Shown: positions 8,194 through 13,957 of the stretch, in pieces
Position numbering within the stretch: the first letter of the stretch is position 1
Layout: the number at the start of each line of letters is the position of its first letter
Origin: an uncultured Oscillospiraceae bacterium
GTDB lineage: Bacteria > Bacillota > Clostridia > Oscillospirales > Oscillospiraceae
Direction of reading: 5' to 3'
Assembly: GCA_964398305.1 (NCBI GenBank)
Contig: CAYNMN010000049.1
Span: 1-14,487 of the forward strand
Length of the DNA: 14,487 bases
The notes under the pieces: generated by a model
Database searches by the model: none
What the model was told of the DNA's origin: nothing
The model's input: only the letters and a program-made list of their open reading frames with translations
Position numbers and translations under genes: made by a program

Positions 8194-9183
8194 ATGCCGC
8201 TGCATTTTATACAATCGGATATCGTTGACGTCAGTGCCGACGCGATCGTGAGCTGCGGGAACAGCGCCATGACCGACGAGGGCGGGGTGAGCGGCTGCAT
8301 ATACCGGGCCGCGGGCAGCGCCGTTGCGGACGAGTGCGCGAGGATCGGCGGCTGTGCCCCGGGCGACGCGGTGGCGACCTCCGCCGGAGAGCTCAAGGCA
8401 AGGTATATCATCCACACCGTTGGCCCGATCTGGGACGGCGGGCGCTCAGGCGAGGAGTTCGTCCTGCGTCAGTGCTATAAGCGCGTCCTCGCCAAGGCCG
8501 CGGAGCTCGGCTGTGCCTCCGTCGCCATGCCGCTCATCGCCTCCGGGCGGTACGGGTATCCCCGGGAGCTCGCAAAGCGCGTCGCCTCCGAGGAGATCAG
8601 CGCGTTCCTCGAAGCTCACGGCGACATGGAGATCACGATGGTGCTGAGCGGCGAGGCCGGGCATATCAGCCGCGTGAGGGCGTCCAACGCCGACCTGTCC
8701 ACGTTCATCGCGAGAAACTTTATAGAGCCCGCGAGTGCCGACGAGCATGAGCCGTACTACGACCGGGACAGGACACGGTTCAGCATCTCGCCGCCGGGCG
8801 CCGGGCTCTACAAGACGCTCGACGAGATGCTCGCCGCGCGCAGTAAGCCGTTCAGGGATATGCTCCGCGATCTCATGACCGAGGCGCAGGTGTCGGACGC
8901 CGAGCTGTACAACAAGGCGGGCGTCTCGCGCCAGACCTTCAACAAGATATGGAACCAGGCCGGCTACAAGCCGAGCAAGAACACCGCCCTGTCGCTTGCC
9001 ATCGGTTTGGAGCTCAACTACGACCAGACGCTCGACCTGCTCGGCACGCTGGGCTACACGCTCTCGCACAGCGTGCAGTTCGACATGATCGTGGAGTACT
9101 TCATAAGGCGCGGCTGCTACGATCTCTTCGACATCAACTATTCCCTCGACGATTACGGCGAGCCGCCGCTCGGCCTTGTATGA
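8194..9183 (+). CDS. Macro domain (MacroD/YmdB-type ADP-ribose binding/hydrolase) fused to a C-terminal XRE-family HTH DNA-binding domain
   Basis: The N-terminus carries SCGNSAMTDEGGVSGCIYRAAG (cf. MacroD N.AN..L.GGGV.GAIHRAAG), YIIHTVGPIWDGG and ASVAMPLIASGRYGYP (cf. SIAFPAISTGVYGYP). The C-terminus carries LRDLMTEAQVSDAELYNKAGVSRQTFNKIWN followed by KPSKNTALSLAIGLELNYDQTLDLLGTLGY, the five-helix XRE pattern. A rho-independent terminator follows the gene. Confidence 0.75.
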   Translation: MPLHFIQSDIVDVSADAIVSCGNSAMTDEGGVSGCIYRAAGSAVADECARIGGCAPGDAVATSAGELKARYIIHTVGPIWDGGRSGEEFVLRQCYKRVLAKAAELGCASVAMPLIASGRYGYPRELAKRVASEEISAFLEAHGDMEITMVLSGEAGHISRVRASNADLSTFIARNFIEPASADEHEPYYDRDRTRFSISPPGAGLYKTLDEMLAARSKPFRDMLRDLMTEAQVSDAELYNKAGVSRQTFNKIWNQAGYKPSKNTALSLAIGLELNYDQTLDLLGTLGYTLSHSVQFDMIVEYFIRRGCYDLFDINYSLDDYGEPPLGLV

Positions 9184-9218
9184 GGCTCTCCGCCCGCGCG
9201 TAAAATATAATAATGTAT

Positions 9219-9253
9219 CCCTCGATCGGTCAAACGGTCGGGGGATGTTTTTT
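9219..9253 (+). terminator. Rho-independent terminator of the macro-HTH gene
   Basis: ccctcgatcg-gtcaaa-cggtcggggg forms a 10-bp stem (two G-U pairs) with a 6-nt loop, followed by atg and tttttt (9248-9253). It sits 36 nt after the stop and directly abuts operator copy 1. Confidence 0.45.
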
Positions 9254-9270
9254 GTCAATCGCGGATTGAC
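9254..9270. promoter_or_regulatory. Dyad operator copy 1, GTCAATC-gcg-GATTGAC (7-3-7 inverted repeat), in the promoter region of the vWA gene
   Basis: Perfect 7-bp inverted arms with a 3-bp spacer. The right arm contains a -35-like TTGACC (9266-9271). A -10-like TATCCT lies 20 bp downstream. The vWA start codon is 83 nt downstream. Confidence 0.5.
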
Positions 9271-9352
9271 CACGGTGTGCAGGGAGTGAAGTATCCTATG
9301 ATCACAGCGGTAGAGCGCAGCTCCCGCAGCAATAAAAACGGAGGATGCTATT

Positions 9353-9994
9353 ATGAACGAAAACCTGACAGAGCTTGTGTTCATACTCGACCGCAGCGGA
9401 TCTATGTGCGGCATGGAGGAGGACACCATCGGCGGCTTCAACTCGATGCTCGACAAGCAGAAGAAGGAGCCGGGCGACGCGCTGGTCACCACGGTGCTCT
9501 TCGACAACGAGTACGAGACCCTGCACGACAGAGCGCCGCTGCAGTGCGTGAGAGCGATGACGGCGAACGACTACTCGGCGCGGGGCAGCACGGCGCTGCT
9601 CGACGCGGTCGGCAGAGCGATCTCCCTCATCCGGATCGCCCAGAAGCACACGCCGGAGGCCGAGCGCCCCGGCAAGACGGTCGTGGTCATCATCACGGAC
9701 GGCTATGAGAATTCGAGCCGCGAGTACAGCATCGAGCAGGTGCGCGAAATGATCTCAAAGCAGACCGGGTTGGGCTGGGAGTTCCTGTTCCTCGGCGCGA
9801 ACATGGACGCCGTGCAGGCCGCCGGCAGGATGAACATCCGCGCCGACAGAGCCGCGACCTACCGGCCCGACGGCGCCGGCACCCGCGCCAACTACGACGC
9901 CGTGGACATGGCCATCCGCTACTCCCGAGCCGGACGCCACTTCTCCGACGAGTGGAGGGCGCCGGTCGACGAGCGCAACAACAGGGACTATTAA
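9353..9994 (+). CDS. Small von Willebrand factor A (vWA) domain protein (213 aa)
   Basis: LVFILDRSGSM (MIDAS D-x-S-x-S), GSTALLDAVGRAI and VVVIITDGYEN motifs. GGAGGA lies 7 nt upstream of the ATG. Confidence 0.8.
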   Translation: MNENLTELVFILDRSGSMCGMEEDTIGGFNSMLDKQKKEPGDALVTTVLFDNEYETLHDRAPLQCVRAMTANDYSARGSTALLDAVGRAISLIRIAQKHTPEAERPGKTVVVIITDGYENSSREYSIEQVREMISKQTGLGWEFLFLGANMDAVQAAGRMNIRADRAATYRPDGAGTRANYDAVDMAIRYSRAGRHFSDEWRAPVDERNNRDY

Positions 9995-10000
9995 AACTCG

Positions 10001-10203
10001 GCGCCCGTTTGAGCTCAAGCAGCGCGAGCTCTGCGCCCTTAGGTTCCCTCGCGTATTCCCTGAACATAGTGAAGGGAATACGCTGAGGGACCTTAGGAGG
10101 CGGTGACGTATCGGCAAACACGGCGCCGGGAACATTCACCGAGCTTTGCACGTCGGTAGTATCCCGCCTGAGCTCAAGAAAAAAGTGTCAATCGCGGATT
10201 GAC
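10001..10203 (+). repeat. Structured intergenic repeat copy 1: long imperfect hairpin (10037-10097), AGGAGG, ~90 nt conserved tail, and dyad operator copy 2
   Basis: Begins 7 nt after the vWA stop. The hairpin is cccttaggttccctcgcgtattccct / loop gaacatagtga / agggaatacgctgagggaccttagg (~23 bp with two single-nucleotide bulges and a T-T mismatch). AGGAGG follows the 3' arm directly. It is ~90% identical to copy 2. A 10-bp direct repeat tgagctcaag occurs at 10009-10018 and 10169-10178. Confidence 0.7.
10187..10203. promoter_or_regulatory. Dyad operator copy 2, GTCAATC-gcg-GATTGAC, upstream of the 62-aa ORF
   Basis: Identical 17-mer. TTGACC is at 10199-10204 and a -10-like TACATT lies 20 bp downstream. 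The ORF start is at 10280. Confidence 0.5.
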
Positions 10204-10279
10204 CCGGGCGAGGGACGGATTTGGTACATTATGAATAGAAGCTGCAAAAACGACGGCTCGAAAGAAAGGGAGGACTGCT

Positions 10280-10468
10280 ATGGATGCTTACGGGAAAACG
10301 AAATTCAACACCTGCCTTGACGAATTCGAAAGAACACTGACCGACCTGCGCAGGTGCGGGTCGCTCACAGAGAAGGATCTCCGCATACTCTGCCGCCGGG
10401 TTGAGGAGATGCGCCGGGCCGGCAACGACAGCCCGGACATGACAGGTCGGAGCCGGCTGCGCCCGTGA
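10280..10468 (+). CDS. Small hypothetical protein (62 aa), predicted helical and charged
   Basis: Strong RBS AAAGGGAGG 7 nt upstream of the ATG. MDAYGKTKFNTCLDEFERTLTDLRRCGSLTEKDLRILCRRVEEMRRAGNDSPDMTGRSRLRP. It lies between the two repeat copies, and its stop codon overlaps the start of repeat copy 2. Confidence 0.5.
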   Translation: MDAYGKTKFNTCLDEFERTLTDLRRCGSLTEKDLRILCRRVEEMRRAGNDSPDMTGRSRLRP

Positions 10469-10648
10469 GCCTGCGCCCTTAGGTCCCCTCGCGTATTCCC
10501 TGAACATAGTGAAGGGAATACGCCGAGGGACCTTAGGAGGCGGTGCCGTGCCGACAAACAAGGCGCCGGGAACATTTACCGACCTCTGCACGTCGGTAGT
10601 ATTCCGTCCGCGATCCGAAACAAGAAAAAGTGTCAATCGCGGATTGAC
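10459..10648 (+). repeat. Structured intergenic repeat copy 2: hairpin 10477-10537, AGGAGG, conserved tail, and dyad operator copy 3
   Basis: Aligns to copy 1 with ~11 substitutions and two small indels over ~175 bp. The bulged base in the hairpin changes in both arms (t to c on the left, t to c on the right) but the predicted structure is preserved. Confidence 0.7.
10632..10648. promoter_or_regulatory. Dyad operator copy 3, GTCAATC-gcg-GATTGAC, at the head of a ~430-nt leader preceding the SPFH gene
   Basis: Identical 17-mer. TTGACC is at 10644-10649 and a -10-like TATGAT (5/6 to TATAAT) lies 20 bp downstream. The next plus-strand gene starts at 11115. Confidence 0.45.
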
Positions 10649-11114
10649 CATGACCGTAAACGGATACGGTATGATACGTTTATAAGGTGAGCTACGCGAA
10701 TCTTAGAAACAGAAGATGAGCTATTGCGAACCTTTTTAGCTGAGGCCAAGTAGCCGGTCCGTGGCGTCGATGAGTCGCCGGACCGCGTCGCCGGGAGCCA
10801 TAAACTCCGGCGTGCAGGCCAAGGCCAGGCAACCGGTAGGGTAGATGAAGTTTCCCGAGGCCGCATAAAGTCCGCCCGGACGCGTAAGACCCCTTGTCCG
10901 GAACGTGAAGTGAGCCTGCTGAGGACGGATACCGTCGGACAGTCCGAAAAGCCGGGACACAGTCCCCGCCGGAGGGTCAGCCGACTCAATTCCTTCGCCG
11001 CTCATCAGCGTGGACGCGGCCGACAAATAATCTCCGCTTGACGGCGCTCCGGCCGACAGCGGTACATATAGACCGACGACATTCGCTGCGGATAATGAAA
11101 GGAGTGCTGCACAC

Positions 11115-12215
11115 ATGACAATTACAATTAAAGACGGAGAGCGCGGGGTGTTGACGAGGGACGGGTGCTTCCTCAAACTACTCACACCCGGAAGACACAG
11201 CGGCGACGACGACTGCGAGGTCGAGGTCGTCAAAGCCACCCCCGGAGAGAGATACAACTCTCTCCACCCTGTCGAGCCGCTGCTCGGCGACCCCGAAGCC
11301 TCGAAACAACTGACGACCGTGGATGTGGCGCCCAACGAACTCGTGTTCGTGTCACACTACGGAGCCGCCAGACTCGCCCTCTCCACCGGGCACTATGTGC
11401 TCTGGACACTGGGCCGCGACCTGGATGTCGAACGCGTCGACATCACCGACCCCCTCGTGGACGAGGAGACGCTTTTGCGCCTCACCCCCGCCCTCGCGAA
11501 AAGCCTACTCAACTGGGAAAGCGTCGCCGAATACGAACAGGGACTGCTGTTCGTGAACGGCGTACTCGCAAAAACCCTCGACCCGGGGCGCTACGCCCTG
11601 TGGGCCAACTCCCTCGCCGACTACGAAGTCAAAACCGTCGACCTGCGCCTTCAGCAACTCGACGTGAGCGGCCAGGAGCTCCTGACCGCCGACAAGGTCA
11701 CGGTCCGCCTGAATGTCGTCTGCACATTCAAAGTGACCGACACCCTCCGCGCCGCGACCGGGTTCTCCAACCACGCGGAGCAACTGCGCACACTTGTCCA
11801 ACTCGCACTGAGACGCGCCGTGTGCGCTCTCACACTCGACGAGCTCCTTGCGAGCCGTGAGGATGTCGCCGAGGGCATCCTCTACGAACTAAAGACCCGT
11901 GAAGCCGAATACGCCGTGACATTCACGGACTCGGGAGTGAAGGACGTAATCCTTCCCGGCGAAATAAGGGACATAATGAACTCGGTCCTACTCGCCGAAA
12001 AACGCGCACAGGCAAACGTAATCGTCCGCCGAGACGAGGCCGCTTCCATGCGGAACAAACTCAATTCAGCGCGATTACTCGAAGAAAACCCGACACTAAT
12101 GCGCCTGACCGAACTGGAGTCCATTGAGAGAATCTGCGAGCACGTGGGGTCCCTCAGCGTGGGCGGTAGCGAAAACCTATTGGGCGAGCTTGCGAAGCTC
12201 GCGGGCAAGAGCTGA
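11115..12215 (+). CDS. SPFH/band-7 (stomatin/prohibitin/flotillin-like) domain protein, with no N-terminal transmembrane helix
   Basis: The core reads VDLRLQQLDVSGQELLTADKVTVRLNVVCTFKVTD...EQLRTLVQLALRRAVCALTLDELLASREDV...VKDVILPGEIRDIMNSVLLAEKRAQANVIVRRDEAASMRNKLNSARLLEENPTLMRLTELESIERI. Two N-terminal SPFH-start-like motifs are seen (DGERGVLTRDG..LLTPGRH and EQGLLFVNGVLAKTLDPGRYAL). AAAGGAG lies 10 nt upstream. No hydrophobic segment is present. Confidence 0.75.
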   Translation: MTITIKDGERGVLTRDGCFLKLLTPGRHSGDDDCEVEVVKATPGERYNSLHPVEPLLGDPEASKQLTTVDVAPNELVFVSHYGAARLALSTGHYVLWTLGRDLDVERVDITDPLVDEETLLRLTPALAKSLLNWESVAEYEQGLLFVNGVLAKTLDPGRYALWANSLADYEVKTVDLRLQQLDVSGQELLTADKVTVRLNVVCTFKVTDTLRAATGFSNHAEQLRTLVQLALRRAVCALTLDELLASREDVAEGILYELKTREAEYAVTFTDSGVKDVILPGEIRDIMNSVLLAEKRAQANVIVRRDEAASMRNKLNSARLLEENPTLMRLTELESIERICEHVGSLSVGGSENLLGELAKLAGKS

Positions 12216-12275
12216 CGCTCTGCCCGGAGTTCGGGGGCGAACACCTCGCCCCCCGGAAATCGCACACATTTGTCC

Positions 12276-12305
12276 TTGACACACGAATTGTTCACACCGC
12301 ATAAT
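12276..12305 (+). promoter_or_regulatory. Sigma-A-like promoter for the ARH operon
   Basis: TTGACA (12276-12281), an 18-bp spacer, then CATAAT (12300-12305). GGGAGG is at 12313-12318 and the ATG at 12328. No copy of the GTCAATC dyad is present. Confidence 0.4.
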
Positions 12306-12327
12306 GGATAAAAGGGAGGCTGTGCAT

Positions 12328-13113
12328 ATGAAAGGCGCAATACTCGGAGACATAGTCGGCTCAGTCTATGAGCGACACAACACAAAGAGCAAGGCGTTTC
12401 CTCTGTTCTCGCCCGTGGGTCGCTTCACGGACGACACGGTGCTGACGTGCGCCGTGGCGAAGGCGTTAATGAGCGACGACGCCGACGTCGACCTTCTCGA
12501 AGAGCTGACCTACCGGCTGCAGCAGTTCGGGCTGCTCTACCCGCACGCGGGGTACGGCGGAGCCTTCAAGCGGTGGTTCCGCTCCGACTACCCGCAGCCG
12601 TACAACTCCTGGGGCAACGGCGCGCCTATGCGCTGCTCGCCGGCCGGCTTCGTTGCCGGCAGCGCGGAGAAGGCCTACGCGCTCGGCGAGGCCACGGCGG
12701 AGCCCACACACAACCACCCGGAGGGGCTTAAGGCCGCGGGGCTCACGGCGGAGCTCGTCTGGCGAGCCCGCCACGGCGAGAGCCGGGAGACTCTGCGCGA
12801 GAGGGCGTTTGAGCTCTATGAGCTGCCCGCGCTCGACGAGGTGCGCCCGACCTACCGCTTCCACGTCTCCAGTCAGGAGACAATGCCCGTCGCCCTCGCC
12901 GCGTTCTTCGAGAGCACGGACTTTGAGGACGCAATACGCAACGCGATCTCCGTCGGCGGAGACAGCGACACCATCGGCGCCATCACCGGCGCAATAGCCG
13001 AGGCGTACTACGGCGTGCCGGACGAGCTCTGGCGGAAGGCGACACTCTACCTCGACGACTACCTGCTGAAAATCGTTACCGAGTTCTATGCCTTCGCCGA
13101 GGCGCGGAGCTGA
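12328..13113 (+). CDS. ADP-ribosylglycohydrolase family protein (ARH/DraG-like), paralogue 1
   Basis: The start is taken at MKGAILGDIVGS (the track ORF begins 24 nt earlier, but GGGAGG sits 8 nt before this ATG and paralogue 2 starts at the same motif). ARH family motifs are present: FTDDTVLTCAVAKAL, GNGAPMRCSPAGF, THNHPEG and GGDSDTIGAITGAIAEAYYG. Confidence 0.8.
   Translation: MKGAILGDIVGSVYERHNTKSKAFPLFSPVGRFTDDTVLTCAVAKALMSDDADVDLLEELTYRLQQFGLLYPHAGYGGAFKRWFRSDYPQPYNSWGNGAPMRCSPAGFVAGSAEKAYALGEATAEPTHNHPEGLKAAGLTAELVWRARHGESRETLRERAFELYELPALDEVRPTYRFHVSSQETMPVALAAFFESTDFEDAIRNAISVGGDSDTIGAITGAIAEAYYGVPDELWRKATLYLDDYLLKIVTEFYAFAEARS
12653..13033 (+). repeat. 381-bp tract 100% identical to 13479-13859 (internal part of ARH paralogue 1); near-identity extends back to 12591
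   Basis: Direct base-by-base comparison at an offset of 826 bp. The tract 12591-13033 versus 13417-13859 shows only 3 mismatches, all within the first 62 bp. The flanking coding sequence on both sides is strongly diverged. Confidence 0.9.
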
Positions 13114-13150
13114 ACGGGTTCATTCAAACCGGACTATAAGGAGGGCAAAA

Positions 13151-13939
13151 ATGAAGGGTGCAATAATAGGCGACATCGTGGGCTCGATCTACGAGTTCGA
13201 CAATCTGCGTCAGAAGGACTTCCCGTTCTTCGGGAAGAAGTGCAAGTTCACCGACGACAGCGTGATGACCTGCGCTGTGGCCGAGGCGCTCATGAACGCA
13301 GACAGGACCGACGGCGACCTTTTCGAGGGGCTTGTTGAGAGCATGCAGGAGCTCGGCAACGCTTATCCGTACCGCGGGTATGGGCTGCGCTTCGGCGACT
13401 GGCTGGACTCCGACGACCCGCAGCCGTACAACTCCTGGGGCAACGGCGCGCCTATGCGCTGCTCACCGGCCGGGTTCATTGCCGGCAGCGCGGAGAAGGC
13501 CTACGCGCTCGGCGAGGCCACGGCGGAGCCCACACACAACCACCCGGAGGGGCTTAAGGCCGCGGGGCTCACGGCGGAGCTCGTCTGGCGAGCCCGCCAC
13601 GGCGAGAGCCGGGAGACTCTGCGCGAGAGGGCGTTTGAGCTCTATGAGCTGCCCGCGCTCGACGAGGTGCGCCCGACCTACCGCTTCCACGTCTCCAGTC
13701 AGGAGACAATGCCCGTCGCCCTCGCCGCGTTCTTCGAGAGCACGGACTTTGAGGACGCAATACGCAACGCGATCTCCGTCGGCGGAGACAGCGACACCAT
13801 CGGCGCCATCACCGGCGCAATAGCCGAGGCGTACTACGGCGTGCCGGACGAGCTCTGGCAGGAGGCGGCGCTCTACCTCGACGCCCGCCTGCTGAAAATA
13901 GTCAGCGACTTCTACGCCTTCGCCGAGACGAAGGCGTAA
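13151..13939 (+). CDS. ADP-ribosylglycohydrolase family protein (ARH/DraG-like), paralogue 2
   Basis: The start is taken at MKGAIIGDIVGS, with AAGGAGG 6 nt upstream. The N-terminal ~95 aa are about 50% identical to paralogue 1, the middle ~145 aa are identical, and the last ~25 aa diverge again. It lies 37 nt after paralogue 1. Confidence 0.8.
   Translation: MKGAIIGDIVGSIYEFDNLRQKDFPFFGKKCKFTDDSVMTCAVAEALMNADRTDGDLFEGLVESMQELGNAYPYRGYGLRFGDWLDSDDPQPYNSWGNGAPMRCSPAGFIAGSAEKAYALGEATAEPTHNHPEGLKAAGLTAELVWRARHGESRETLRERAFELYELPALDEVRPTYRFHVSSQETMPVALAAFFESTDFEDAIRNAISVGGDSDTIGAITGAIAEAYYGVPDELWQEAALYLDARLLKIVSDFYAFAETKA
13479..13859 (+). repeat. 381-bp tract 100% identical to 12653-13033 (internal part of ARH paralogue 2)
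   Basis: See the paired feature. The identical tracts also generate identical spurious antisense ORFs in the six-frame track (12743..12934 and 13569..13760). Confidence 0.9.
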
Positions 13940-13957
13940 GACAACAAAGGAGGCATT

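Noticed and set aside
10037-10537. Possibility that the bulged hairpins are integron attC sites and the vWA and 62-aa genes are cassettes
   Set aside because: The core triplets read CTTAGG / CCTAAG rather than the canonical GTTRRRY / RYYYAAC. The two copies are ~90% identical over ~175 bp including promoter-operator sequence, whereas attC sites are conserved in structure and not sequence, and cassettes are normally promoterless. No integrase is present in the window. It is kept only as a remote alternative.
8446-10651. Minus-strand ORFs 8446..9507, 9302..9649, 9693..10151, 9755..10135, 10229..10651 and 10288..10575, some with shared peptide segments (VNVPGA.F..T.PPPKVP.RIPFTMFREYAR)
   Set aside because: They are antisense to the macro-HTH and vWA genes or run through the two repeat copies. 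The shared peptides just reflect the duplicated repeat and hairpin DNA, not conserved coding sequence.
10535-10697. 50-codon ORF starting at GTG 10548, 7 nt after AGGAGG, inside repeat copy 2 (VPTNKAPGTFTDLCTSVVFRP...)
   Set aside because: The same frame in copy 1 has no start codon and is preceded by an in-frame stop. The copies differ by indels downstream. The AGGAGG is more likely structural or coincidental than an SD for a conserved peptide.
10740-11100. Riboswitch or stable RNA (c-di-GMP-I-like GGCAACC/CCGGTAGG, RNase P-like AAAGTCCG, TPP-like CTGAGG fragments) in the SPFH leader
   Set aside because: Only isolated short matches were found, in the wrong order or spacing relative to the consensus structures I know. 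No complete conserved core for any named class could be assembled by eye. This needs a covariance-model scan.
12233-12253. Hairpin GGGGCGA-acacc-TCGCCCC after the SPFH stop as a terminator
   Set aside because: A good 7-8 bp GC stem, but it is followed by ccggaaatcgc with no U-tract. It could be a weak or Rho-assisted stop site but cannot be called an intrinsic terminator.
12328-13939. ARH N-terminal motif GDIVGS instead of the textbook GDALG, as a sign of catalytic inactivation
   Set aside because: Both paralogues share it, and the remaining metal-binding motifs (TDDT, GNGAPMR, THNHPEG, GGDSDT) are intact. It more likely marks a subfamily than pseudo-enzymes, and it cannot be judged without an alignment.
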